A DNA stretch of 64,000 nt from Thermoproteota archaeon (GTDB lineage Archaea; Thermoproteota; EX4484-205; JAAOZP01). The translations under genes and the position numbers were made by a program. The notes beneath the pieces are model-generated. The model ran no database searches. It was not told the DNA's origin and worked only from the letters and a program-made list of their open reading frames with translations. The stretch lies in NCBI GenBank assembly GCA_038861395.1, contig JAWCDE010000001.1, forward strand, positions 9,144 through 73,143, read 5' to 3'. Of this stretch, positions 7,692-16,748 are shown one piece after another; position 1 is the stretch's first letter, and every line of letters begins with the position of its first letter.

Positions 7692-9593
7692 TTAAAGGGC
7701 TCTATAAGTCTCTAGGAGCTTCGGGGAATACACGGAGTCGCCGTAGACTCTGCTGAGCATTCTCTTCATATTCTGTATTTTCTTAGCTTCCCCGTGAACT
7801 AGGAACAGGGGTCCCCTCTTAGTGTATACACGCCTTACGTAGTTTAGCAATTGGTTCCTATCAGAGTGCCCTGAGAACCCATCTACCTTTTCAACCGTGC
7901 TCCTTATGGTTAATGCCTCAACCTTCCCACTGGAATTCTGGAGGGTGAGCTCTCTAAGCCCGTTTAAAACCCTGTTGCCCAGCGTCCCCTCTATCTGATA
8001 GTTTACGAATACTATTGTAGACTCTTCTTGCGGTGCAACTAGTTTAAAGTATTCGAGCACCGGCCCGCCTTCCAGCATGCCCGAGGGCGAGAGTATTATG
8101 TTCCTCCTGCTTTCGGTTATCTCTTCTTTTGAAATCGAGTTCTTAACGGGTATTACGTACTCGGATTTGAACGGGTTTAAACCATTGTTCATAAGGCTTC
8201 TAAGGTCTTTCGACAGATAGTTGGGGAACGATGCGTGTATTGCAGTGACTTCTGAAATCATACCATCCACGTATATCGGTACCTCAGGAATCTTCTTGCT
8301 CCTTATAGCGTTGTCCAGTATGAGCATTATCTCCTGAGCTCTTCCAACGGCAAGCGTGGGGATGAGCACGTTTCCATTCTTATCAAGCGTCGAGTTAACT
8401 AGGCTGATAAGCCTGTTCTCCACTTCTTCTCTAGGCGGCATTACATCGTTCTGCCCTCCGTAGGTGCATTCTGTGATAAGCGTCTCAACCCTAGGAAACG
8501 TCGTTGAAGCGTGTTCGAGAAGTATGGAACGGTCATACTTCAAGTCGCCTGTGAAAACAATATTGTGAAGCCCCTCCCCTACGTGTAAATGTATTATTGC
8601 CGAGCCAAGTATGTGGCCGGCGTTCCTGAAAGTAAGCTTTATGTCGGGTGCAATATCCACTACCACGCCAAACTTTACGGGGATGGTGTGTTGAAGTATT
8701 GTCCTAAGGTCTTTCAATTCGAAAAACGGTGTGACACCGTTCTTCTGAAGAACATCATATAGATCGTTTAATAGGAGGAACATTAAGTATACTGTGGGCT
8801 CAGTCATGTAGACTGGGCCCCGGTAACCGTATTTGAAAAGCAGCGGGAGCCCACCCATGTGATCAAGGTGAGCGTGCGATATGACTACGGCATCGATGTT
8901 TTCAACAGGGATCGGAATCCTATCGATCCTTGGAAAGGCGTCTGAGAAAATATTTGCAGCAGGGTTTATCCCGAAATCCATAAGCACGTTACTCTCATCT
9001 GTTGAGACGAGTATGCTAGACCTCCCAACTTGTTCAGCGCCGCCGAGGAAGGTTAGAGTAATACTCTCGGTTTTGAAAAGCGACCTCCTAAAGATTCTCT
9101 CCCCAACCTCCCTGAGTATTTTGAATCTTTCTTCAGCACTCTGGTTGAAAACATACATTACCTGCGGGATGATCGTTGTGCTCAGAGGCGGGATCCTTAT
9201 TACAACCGGTTTCCAGCCTGTTTTAACCAATATCTCGTTAAGAATCTTCTCGCCAAGCTCTTCAACAATATCTGGATTTCTTACTGAAACAAGTACCTCT
9301 CCAAAAACTTCGTTAAACACTGTCGCCTCCAGACCTGCTTCCTGGGGAACTACTTGCCTAATTATCGTTTCCGTCTCCTCCTTAGGCGCCCTGACGGATG
9401 CGGCTGGCCTTACGATTATCCTCTTCCTAAGCTGTTTCGCAACCTCTGCCAGCACTTGTTGCCCCCCGGCTAGGAAGTTAAGATTCTCAACGTAAACCGC
9501 TATGGTAGGACCTTCCATCTCTATGCCGACTATCTTCGCATCCCTAGGAATCTTCTCGAAGATGACTTCTTTAATACTGCTTTCAGAACTCAT
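7692..9593 (-). CDS. aCPSF1: KH-domain plus metallo-beta-lactamase/beta-CASP ribonuclease
   Basis: 633 aa; N-terminal KH repeats; HAHLDHMGGLP MBL motif; conserved archaeal neighbourhood next to proteasome beta. Confidence 0.8.
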   Translation of the reverse strand: MSSESSIKEVIFEKIPRDAKIVGIEMEGPTIAVYVENLNFLAGGQQVLAEVAKQLRKRIIVRPAASVRAPKEETETIIRQVVPQEAGLEATVFNEVFGEVLVSVRNPDIVEELGEKILNEILVKTGWKPVVIRIPPLSTTIIPQVMYVFNQSAEERFKILREVGERIFRRSLFKTESITLTFLGGAEQVGRSSILVSTDESNVLMDFGINPAANIFSDAFPRIDRIPIPVENIDAVVISHAHLDHMGGLPLLFKYGYRGPVYMTEPTVYLMFLLLNDLYDVLQKNGVTPFFELKDLRTILQHTIPVKFGVVVDIAPDIKLTFRNAGHILGSAIIHLHVGEGLHNIVFTGDLKYDRSILLEHASTTFPRVETLITECTYGGQNDVMPPREEVENRLISLVNSTLDKNGNVLIPTLAVGRAQEIMLILDNAIRSKKIPEVPIYVDGMISEVTAIHASFPNYLSKDLRSLMNNGLNPFKSEYVIPVKNSISKEEITESRRNIILSPSGMLEGGPVLEYFKLVAPQEESTIVFVNYQIEGTLGNRVLNGLRELTLQNSSGKVEALTIRSTVEKVDGFSGHSDRNQLLNYVRRVYTKRGPLFLVHGEAKKIQNMKRMLSRVYGDSVYSPKLLETYRAL

Positions 9594-10261
9594 GCTGGCT
9601 TTACGTACCTCGCTTTCTCCTCCGGACTAAGCTCCCTGCAGCCTTTTGAATCAACCACCATTACTTCGAAATCGTTACCGGTTGCAGTATCCCTTTGCAT
9701 CGCCGCCAGTATTGCTTTAATCGCTATGGGTATGGCTGACAAAGTGTCTATTGGAGTTTTAAGCTCCGCCTCCAAATAGCCGAGGGCAACCGGGGACCCT
9801 GACCCGGAGCCCGCGAAAACTTCTTTCGAAAACCCTCCGAGGGGGTCGAGCACGTAGAGGCTAGCGCCATCCTTATCGTAGCCTCCTATCATTAATTGTA
9901 TGTAGAGCGGCGCCATCCGCATGGAGGAGAGTATTATTGAAGCTATGTTTGCAGCAGCCTTAACGGGCATGTTGACGCCTCTCTCAAGCTTGTAAGTCCT
10001 AGCCTCCCATTGAAGCGCTGCTATGAGTGCTTGCGCGTCGGCAACCCCTCCGGAGATGGTTGCAGCTATGTAATCATCTATTTTAAGGATCTTCTTGCCT
10101 TTTTTATGAGCTATGAAATAGTAGCCTTGGACAACCCTAGTGTCGGAGGCGAATATAACGCCGTCTCTGCAGGATATTCCGACTGTAGTAGTCCCCCAAA
10201 CAGGGGAAACGCTTCCTGCTTTACCAAGCCTTTTAGTAATGTTCTCCAAATCTCTTAACAC
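9590..10261 (-). CDS. psmB: Proteasome beta subunit (paralog 1)
   Basis: 223 aa; propeptide then TTTVGISCRDGVIFASDTR with active-site Thr. Confidence 0.8.
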   Translation of the reverse strand: MLRDLENITKRLGKAGSVSPVWGTTTVGISCRDGVIFASDTRVVQGYYFIAHKKGKKILKIDDYIAATISGGVADAQALIAALQWEARTYKLERGVNMPVKAAANIASIILSSMRMAPLYIQLMIGGYDKDGASLYVLDPLGGFSKEVFAGSGSGSPVALGYLEAELKTPIDTLSAIPIAIKAILAAMQRDTATGNDFEVMVVDSKGCRELSPEEKARYVKPA

Positions 10262-10332
10262 CTCTAGAACCTAAGACCGAATCCTTAGGGAAAGGCTTAA
10301 AGATAAACCTTTCCCTGAAAACTGTTAGACTG

Positions 10333-11400
10333 TTGAAAGATAAGAGTAGACATGTAATAAATCTCCCCCGGCGCATAATACTTGGGGACGGGGCTGTAGA
10401 CGAGCTTGGCTCGAGCATAAGGGAGACTGGTGCGAAGAAAGCAATTGTTCTAATGAGCAAAACCCCTTTAAAGATACTGGGTGATAGGGTAAGGAAGATA
10501 CTTTCTGGAAACGGCTTCACGTTTAAAATAGTGCTCGTCGGAAGCGGGGACTCTTTTTCAGAGGCTAAGAGGATTGAAAAACTGCTTTCTCTCCGCAGGG
10601 GGAGGGATAAGGCTGTTATAGTCAGTGTTGGAGGTGGGAGGGTCATAGACGCGGGCAAGATCGTCGCGTGGAGGAGTGGTTTAGAATTCATAAGCGTCCC
10701 CACGGTCCCGTCTCACGACGGGATTGCAAGCCCCTTGGCCTCAGCCCCCCGGGGGAAGAGAAGGTACTCTTTCTATACAATCATGCCCTCTGTGATAATA
10801 GGAGACGTGTCTACTCTCGCTGCTGCACCCGACAGGTACTTCGGCTCAGGCGTGGGCGACCTCGTTGCTAAGTATACTGCAGTAAGAGACTGGCGTCTAT
10901 CCCACTCGCTTAGGGGAGAGTATTACGGAGAGTACGCTGCAAGCCTCGCGGAAAGTATTGCAGATAGGATTATGAAATGCGCAGACATTATTGCAAGCGA
11001 CAAGTTTGAGGGGGCGAGCATACTCATCGAGGCACTCATACACTCCGGTGTCCTCATAGGGATAGCTGGAAGCAGCAGGCCTTGCAGCGGCTCCGAGCAT
11101 CTTTTCAGCCACGCGCTGGACCTCGTCGCGGGATACCCTGCTCTCCACGGAGAGCAAGTTGGTATTGGAACGATAATGATGAGCAAGCTTCACAACTGCG
11201 ACTGGGAAAGAGTGAGAGAAACGTTGTTAGCAGTTAAAGCCCCCGTTGCAGCTAAGGACATCAACGTCTCTGAGAAGAAGATAATCGAAGCACTGACCAT
11301 AGCGCATACGATAAGGCCTGAGAGGTACACTATTCTGGGCGACAAGGGTTTGACGAGGAAAGCGGCTGAAGAGCTTGCCAGAAGCACGATGGTAATATAA
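10333..11400 (+). CDS. egsA: Glycerol-1-phosphate dehydrogenase [NAD(P)+]
   Basis: 355 aa; VPTVPSHDGIASP motif and dehydroquinate-synthase-like fold signature. Confidence 0.7.
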   Translation: MKDKSRHVINLPRRIILGDGAVDELGSSIRETGAKKAIVLMSKTPLKILGDRVRKILSGNGFTFKIVLVGSGDSFSEAKRIEKLLSLRRGRDKAVIVSVGGGRVIDAGKIVAWRSGLEFISVPTVPSHDGIASPLASAPRGKRRYSFYTIMPSVIIGDVSTLAAAPDRYFGSGVGDLVAKYTAVRDWRLSHSLRGEYYGEYAASLAESIADRIMKCADIIASDKFEGASILIEALIHSGVLIGIAGSSRPCSGSEHLFSHALDLVAGYPALHGEQVGIGTIMMSKLHNCDWERVRETLLAVKAPVAAKDINVSEKKIIEALTIAHTIRPERYTILGDKGLTRKAAEELARSTMVI

Positions 11401-11401
11401 C

Positions 11402-11851
11402 TTGAAAATGACGAAGTATGTCTACTTAAGCCGGGGGATCAAACCTGGGAAAGCCTTCACATACATGGGTGAAGCATACGAGTGTATGCAGTGCAGTAAC
11501 AGGAGGCGTTGCCACGGCGCGTTAAGCATAGGCTTCGTATACAGGATTGAGAGGACAACAGATGGAGAGGGTGTATACTGCATTCTTAGGGGTGACGAGG
11601 TAGTCCCCTACGAGGCTTCTCTCGAACCACTGTTCCTTCTCGCACCTTCTGGGAAGGCTAAAGAAGGGGCTTCGATGGAGCTTAAACTCGACGATGCCTT
11701 CTGCAAGACTGATTGCGAGAGAATAGAAGAGTGCCCCATCCTGTTTAACATTCTTGTTGCAGGCCATAGGGTTAAAGTTCTGGAGAAGCTCGGTAGCTTC
11801 GACTGCCCGGAGAGGAAACTGGTCTTGATTAGGGCTGAAATCCTTGATTAA
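11402..11851 (+). CDS. Conserved archaeal hypothetical protein with cysteine-rich segments (UPF0179-like, tentative)
   Basis: 149 aa; CMQCSNRRRCHG and CKTDCERIEECP motifs. Confidence 0.3.
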   Translation: MKMTKYVYLSRGIKPGKAFTYMGEAYECMQCSNRRRCHGALSIGFVYRIERTTDGEGVYCILRGDEVVPYEASLEPLFLLAPSGKAKEGASMELKLDDAFCKTDCERIEECPILFNILVAGHRVKVLEKLGSFDCPERKLVLIRAEILD

Positions 11852-11855
11852 AGCG

Positions 11856-12575
11856 TTAGGAAGCTGTCTTCTCCTCCGGGGTTTTCTCCACAGGCTCTCC
11901 GGGTGTTGTAAAAACGTCCATAAACCTTACAGTCTTAACCCCTTTAATAATGCTTGTAACATCTTCGAAAATAGCCTTCTTGATTTGTTGAATACCTTCT
12001 GAGAACAAAACCTTGTCCGGAAGCCTTATAGTAACGATATCCTCCTCTTTCTCTACGCTAACTTCTTCTACAGAAGCCTCTGGAAGGCGTCTGTTAACCA
12101 GATACTTTACCTTCTCAACATCATCCTCCAGAACCTTAACTATCTTAAACCTGTAGATAAGCGTCTTACCGGCTAGCGGCGGGTTGAAATCAACCTGAAC
12201 CCGTCCGCCACTAATGTTTCTCACGATTCCTATTCTTCCGTCTACCTCCACTAAAGCACCTGGGGCAAGCTCCTGGGGCCTTGAAAACCTTCTCGCAGCA
12301 TACGTCTTAACCTTATTAGGGTCTCTGAAGCCGTATGCTTTCTCCGGGGGTATTTCAACAGTCCTCTCAACACCTACCTCGCTCTTCAGCAATTCTTCCT
12401 CCCAGCTCTCCAGGACCCATTTCCCGCCTAGGTAAACCAGCTTGGGAGAATATTTCTCTCCCTCCTTGTATGTCGATGCCTTCTTCGCCTCCTCTTCTAT
12501 CGTCGTCTCTACGACGCTACCCGTCTCCTTCACTGTGAGCGTGTAGTCCACTAGTATGAGCGATCCGGTTTCCAT
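11856..12575 (-). CDS. FKBP-type peptidyl-prolyl cis-trans isomerase (long archaeal form with IF/flap insert)
   Basis: 239 aa; N-terminal FKBP block (LILVDYTLTVKETGSVVETT...), typical archaeal FKBP26-like layout. Confidence 0.65.
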   Translation of the reverse strand: METGSLILVDYTLTVKETGSVVETTIEEEAKKASTYKEGEKYSPKLVYLGGKWVLESWEEELLKSEVGVERTVEIPPEKAYGFRDPNKVKTYAARRFSRPQELAPGALVEVDGRIGIVRNISGGRVQVDFNPPLAGKTLIYRFKIVKVLEDDVEKVKYLVNRRLPEASVEEVSVEKEEDIVTIRLPDKVLFSEGIQQIKKAIFEDVTSIIKGVKTVRFMDVFTTPGEPVEKTPEEKTAS

Positions 12576-12621
12576 TCTTTGGAGAGTGGCCTGCAGAACC
12601 GTTTATAAATACTCTCCCAGC

Positions 12622-13182
12622 TTAAAAAGCCTCGTCGGAAGACGCTAGAGCCCTTATCCTCTCGACACCTTGAATGCTCTTTATATATTCGAATACCTTC
12701 TTAGGAACCAGTGGGCTCCAGTCCTCGCCTGAGAGTATCCTCCTCCTTATTTCTATGCCAGAGTATTTCTCGCGCTCAAGGAATGGTATGGGTCTGACTT
12801 CGTAGCCGGCTTCGATGAAAAGCCTCTTGGTGAAGGGCTGGTTAGTATACACTATTCCGAAGGGTGGCGACATTGCTTCAACCATCTTGACCCATAGGAA
12901 ATGCATGGCTGGAACATCGGGGACGCCGGTTATGATGCACCTATTGCCCTCTATACCGGTTTCTTCGAAAGCGAAGCGTAGCATCTGAAGCCTCTCTCCG
13001 AATGTAAACGGATTATCCTTCTCATGGCTTGTCAGAGAACTTCCCACAGCTATGATAACACAGTCATGGTTTGAAAGAATGTGTTTTATAGCGTGCACGT
13101 GGCCATTATGAACAGGCTGGAAGCGGCCGATGTACAGGGGGTTCCTTCCCATTCTCGACGCCCTTAGCTTGGCCAGGAGCAT
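12622..13182 (-). CDS. nadM: Nicotinamide-nucleotide adenylyltransferase (archaeal NMNAT)
   Basis: 186 aa; GRFQPVHNGHVHAIKHIL (HxGH) and typical archaeal NMNAT length. Confidence 0.7.
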   Translation of the reverse strand: MLLAKLRASRMGRNPLYIGRFQPVHNGHVHAIKHILSNHDCVIIAVGSSLTSHEKDNPFTFGERLQMLRFAFEETGIEGNRCIITGVPDVPAMHFLWVKMVEAMSPPFGIVYTNQPFTKRLFIEAGYEVRPIPFLEREKYSGIEIRRRILSGEDWSPLVPKKVFEYIKSIQGVERIRALASSDEAF

Positions 13183-13205
13183 TGATAAACATTAGCTTGG
13201 TTCTA

Positions 13206-14306
13206 TTAACGCTTAAAACCTGCTCCACTAACCCTGTAGCCTCCGGGAGAGCCTACTTCACCGTACACTTCGAACCTAACGGGTAGGAAAAGCTCCACGA
13301 GTCGTATTGTCGTCAAAGTATGCAGCGTAACCTCGTGCGTTCTTAATTCTGAAACCCCGTCTGCAAGGGCTGCGTAGACTACAAGCTGGTCGGCCAGATT
13401 CCTGTCTGCAGGAGCCCTATGCTCAACCTGCCTAATGAACTCTGAAGCCGCCTCGCCACCGACCTTCTCAGAAGGCTTACCCCTCTCCCCCAGGGCGCTG
13501 GATGCGAAAACCGTGTCGTCTTCAAGCGTCCCAATTATCAGTATTCCACAACCGGGGTCTAGGGAAGCATTACGCTCCTCCCCGCTCAGAACCTCGTATT
13601 CTACCGTCGGCTCTACCTTAAGCCTGCTCCTTATCTGAGAAGAGGCTGAGCCAGCGATCCTCTCAGCCACGTGCCTCGGCAGCCTGGAGCTGTAGACGAA
13701 AATCTTAACGCTTTTTAAGCCTGGGAAGTCGGTGATGAGGAGGGGCTTGAGGCGTTCAACAGGCTTCGATTTAAACCGTACTATCCCCCCGCCCCTCGGG
13801 TAGAACCCCCTCCGCTCAACGCTTATGTCGACAAAGTATCCCATTCTCGAAAGATTCTTAGCCAAGACCTCTCTAACGTAGTCTATTGGCGGTGCCCTAG
13901 GGTTATCCGTACCCCCTTTGAGAACCAGCGTAACCTCTCTCTTGGAGAATGCTAGAACAGGCATCATCGCCTGAAGAACAAGCGATATACTTCCAGCAGT
14001 GCCCACGTCAAGCTCAATGTCTGAAGCCTTAACCTCGCCCGGGGAGAATAATATCTGACTGGAGCCAACACTCAGCCCTTCAACCCTAGCCCCGGTTAAG
14101 CTCGCCACAGCCTTCACAGCGGCGAGGTGCTGAGGCCTTAAGCCGGGGTTTGAACGCTTAGCCCTGATGTTAAACACTTTAACTGGTTTCTTCAAGAGTG
14201 CTGAAAGAGCCACTGCTGTCCTTAAGACCTGTCCACCACCCTCGCCCATGGAACCATCTATTTCAAGCGTTTCAACCATGCTGATACTCAGCATACACTC
14301 CGTCAT
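13206..14306 (-). CDS. rtcA: RNA 3'-terminal phosphate cyclase
   Basis: 366 aa; LEIDGSMGEGGGQVLRTAVALSAL... and SNPGLRPQH (catalytic His region). Confidence 0.75.
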   Translation of the reverse strand: MTECMLSISMVETLEIDGSMGEGGGQVLRTAVALSALLKKPVKVFNIRAKRSNPGLRPQHLAAVKAVASLTGARVEGLSVGSSQILFSPGEVKASDIELDVGTAGSISLVLQAMMPVLAFSKREVTLVLKGGTDNPRAPPIDYVREVLAKNLSRMGYFVDISVERRGFYPRGGGIVRFKSKPVERLKPLLITDFPGLKSVKIFVYSSRLPRHVAERIAGSASSQIRSRLKVEPTVEYEVLSGEERNASLDPGCGILIIGTLEDDTVFASSALGERGKPSEKVGGEAASEFIRQVEHRAPADRNLADQLVVYAALADGVSELRTHEVTLHTLTTIRLVELFLPVRFEVYGEVGSPGGYRVSGAGFKR

Positions 14307-14358
14307 AAAAGCTTATTTCCGACCCTGGTTATGTGGAGGCAAAGGTGATTTGCAGAAT

Positions 14359-14955
14359 ATGGGTGAGATAGTACCGGGTGCAACGGTCGTCGGATTAGTA
14401 TACGACAGCGGGGTCGTACTTGGGGCTGATAGAAGAGCGGCATACGGCACCTTCGTATTAGGGAAATCGGTTAAGAAGATTTTTCAAATAACCCCGCGGA
14501 TAGGCCTCGCCTCAGCCGGGTTGATCTCGGACGTTCAGACGATAGTGAGGGAGCTCAACTATCATGCTAGAATGTTCAAGTACAATACTTCTAGGGAGAT
14601 AACTGCGAAAGCACTTTCAAAACTATTGTCTAATATTCTCTTTGCGAACAGGCTCTTTCCCCTTATAACGCAGACGCTAATAGGCGGATTCACCTTCGAC
14701 ACCCACGGAATATATGTGCTGGACGCGCTGGGCTCAGTGATAGAGGACAAGTATGCTGCCGCGGGAAGTGGAACAGAGATAGCGCTTGGAATACTGGAAG
14801 CAGAGTACAGGGACGGTATGAACATAGTTGAAGCGAAGGAGCTTGCTTTGAAGGCGATAAGAACCGCCCTGCAGAGAGACTCGGCGAGTGGAAACGGCAT
14901 AGACCTGCTTATACTAGATAAAGCCGGCCCCATCGAGGAAAACTACCCGGATTAG
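14359..14955 (+). CDS. psmB: Proteasome beta subunit (paralog 2). The six-frame ORF starts at 14167, but the likely start is the ATG at 14359 (MGEIVPGA|TVVGL...)
   Basis: GATVVGLVYDSGVVLGADRRA Ntn-hydrolase N-terminus; upstream extension would overlap rtcA. Confidence 0.7.
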   Translation: MGEIVPGATVVGLVYDSGVVLGADRRAAYGTFVLGKSVKKIFQITPRIGLASAGLISDVQTIVRELNYHARMFKYNTSREITAKALSKLLSNILFANRLFPLITQTLIGGFTFDTHGIYVLDALGSVIEDKYAAAGSGTEIALGILEAEYRDGMNIVEAKELALKAIRTALQRDSASGNGIDLLILDKAGPIEENYPD

Positions 14956-15014
14956 AAACACTGAGAGATTCCTCTGGGAGCTTAAAAACAGTTATAGAAC
15001 ACTATTAAAAGACA

Positions 15015-15341
15015 GTGAGCGTAATCCGCTCCGAAGACCTGAAAGACATTGCAAAACACTACGGCGAGCTGAGGCTTAAAACACTAAGTAGCCTCAGAAA
15101 GATAAACGACTATTCGATGATCCTTTTCAAAGCATTCCTGCAGTACGTTGAGAAGAGAAGGGGGGAAGGCCTAGAACTCCACGTCTTATTAGAGGAGTTT
15201 TTATCAGGCGAGCTGGCTCTAAACAAAGAGGAAGATAGGAATACGAGGCTCTCCCTAGCCAGAAGGTTCTGCAATCTTGCTAAGAAGCATGTTCGAAGCC
15301 CTGAGGAACAAGCCAGTATCCTGAAATACCTCGAATATTGA
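15015..15341 (+). CDS. Hypothetical protein
   Basis: 108-aa ORF with coding-like composition; no recognisable family. Confidence 0.3.
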   Translation: MSVIRSEDLKDIAKHYGELRLKTLSSLRKINDYSMILFKAFLQYVEKRRGEGLELHVLLEEFLSGELALNKEEDRNTRLSLARRFCNLAKKHVRSPEEQASILKYLEY

Positions 15342-15488
15342 GATACGTATCGTTTCCTTGGAAAACTAGGCTGGAGTTAAGCACGCATATATAGAAAGAA
15401 GGATTATTCTCCAGCCGCGTGGACAATGGTCTCCAGCGAACAAGCATAATGCTTAGAGCAGTAAGCTTCACACTTCTAAAAATAAGAA

Positions 15489-15775
15489 TTATCCGAAGAA
15501 CTCTGTAACGAGCCTGCGGCAATCCTCTAGCGCTTTCTTCACCTTGGGGAAAGGCTCCTGGGCCACGTTTTCATACAGGAAGCGGCCTACTGCGTGAACC
15601 TTCAGATAGTCCAGCCCGATGCTATCAGCACTGCCTTCACCGCACACTCAACACACTCCTGAAGATATTTCAACGCTCCAGCGTAATCCCTCTCCATTAA
15701 ACACTCTGTTGCATTCCTGAACTCACGCTCCGCGCTTCTGATAACTTCCTTCGCCCTCTCTTCGCTGCTTGACAT
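15489..15775 (-). pseudogene. HEPN-like domain gene split by a frameshift near 15601. N-part MSSSEERAKEVIRSAEREF...AVKAVLIASGWTI, C-part (other frame) LKVHAVGRFLYENVAQEPFPKVKKALEDCRRLVTEFFG
   Basis: N-terminal helices match the HEPN (PF05168-like) pattern; reading continues in the -1 frame after a TGA at 15602-15604; sits 5 nt downstream of a nucleotidyltransferase gene. Confidence 0.4.
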
Positions 15776-15780
15776 CTCGA

Positions 15781-16542
15781 CTACCCTGCCCCTATACTTA
15801 TCGACTCGCCGAAAACAGCATCCGGCTTTAAAACCCAGAAATAAGTTCCATCCGGGCACTCCACCCGCACGGTTCCCAGGGCGATGAGCGCTCTCCGCAG
15901 TTCCTCCATCAACCTCTGAAAGAACCCGTCCTTATCGTAGAGAACAGCCTTGTGAAAAATCATGTCAAGATATACCGGTTGAAACCTTGCAGCATACCCC
16001 CTACGGAACGACGCTGTAGTCACCTCCGGGTAATCGTAAAACCCGCGCATCTTAAACCAATAGTCGCAAGCCCTATACTCCCATGTTGATTTAAATTCTT
16101 TGAATATGCTTGCTTTACGCCTCCAAACCTCTTTAGAATCGTCCTCAACGATGTAGAGCAAGTCAACATCGCTTTCGCCGGGTTTAAAGGAGTCTTCACA
16201 GAGGAACTGTAAACGACGAGGGAAATCAGATCGCCACCAAACTCCTTCAAAAAAAGTCAGACGCTTCAGTGAAATCCTCAGCCACCCGTGCCTGATCCTG
16301 GCTAGCTCTTGACCGGCTGATTTCCAAGCCTCGACTGTCCCAAGCAGGTTGTCGAAATCCTTCTCCGTTATCCTATACTCCAACCCGGCCCTCCGTATTA
16401 GGCCTCCCGCACTCAACTCGTTCAGCCTCCTGGTCAGGGTCCTGCTGTTCCTCACAGCCTCATTCAGCTCCCTAAACCTAGCCCCACCAGTGGAGAGGCG
16501 ATGCAAAATGTCGACAGCCCCAGCCCTTGAAAGAATTTCCAA
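15781..16542 (-). CDS. Winged-HTH (HxlR/MarR-like) fused to a minimal nucleotidyltransferase (MNT-like, GSxD motif GESDVDLLYIVEDD)
   Basis: 253 aa; N-terminal wHTH ILHRLSTGGARFRELNEAVRNSRTLTRRLNELSAGGLIRR; Pol-beta-like NTase motif in mid-region. Confidence 0.5.
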   Translation of the reverse strand: MEILSRAGAVDILHRLSTGGARFRELNEAVRNSRTLTRRLNELSAGGLIRRAGLEYRITEKDFDNLLGTVEAWKSAGQELARIRHGWLRISLKRLTFFEGVWWRSDFPRRLQFLCEDSFKPGESDVDLLYIVEDDSKEVWRRKASIFKEFKSTWEYRACDYWFKMRGFYDYPEVTTASFRRGYAARFQPVYLDMIFHKAVLYDKDGFFQRLMEELRRALIALGTVRVECPDGTYFWVLKPDAVFGESISIGAG

Positions 16543-16685
16543 CTCTCTCGCTGTATCCGAGTAAAGTAAACTCCGTCGCCTAAATAAACGATAGGCTTTG
16601 GAAACAGCCTATAAAGCAGGCGCCCCCATCTTCTTCGCCCCGCTCAGCATGCATTAGAATCGAAACCAGCGCCACAGGAGGCATG

Positions 16686-16748
16686 AAAAACACTACTTAA
16701 AAAACAATAGGGGCGAAAAATAAAAGACGCCGTTAAAAAACCAGAGTG
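16686..16748 (-). terminator. Oligo-T tracts and a short GGCG...CGCC hairpin immediately 3' of tuf (minus strand); probable archaeal transcription terminator
   Basis: Minus-strand sequence GGTTTTTTAACGGCGTCTTTTATTTTTCGCCCCTATTGTTTTTTAAGTAGTGTTTTTC directly after the tuf stop. Confidence 0.4.

Noticed and set aside
12214-12538. Two plus-strand ORFs (73 and 67 aa) rich in Ser/Pro/Leu
   Set aside because: Antisense to the FKBP gene; low-complexity shadow ORFs.
14167-14358. 5' extension of the proteasome beta ORF overlapping rtcA by 140 nt
   Set aside because: The internal ATG at 14359 gives a normal propeptide; the upstream part is open by chance and runs antisense through the rtcA 5' end.
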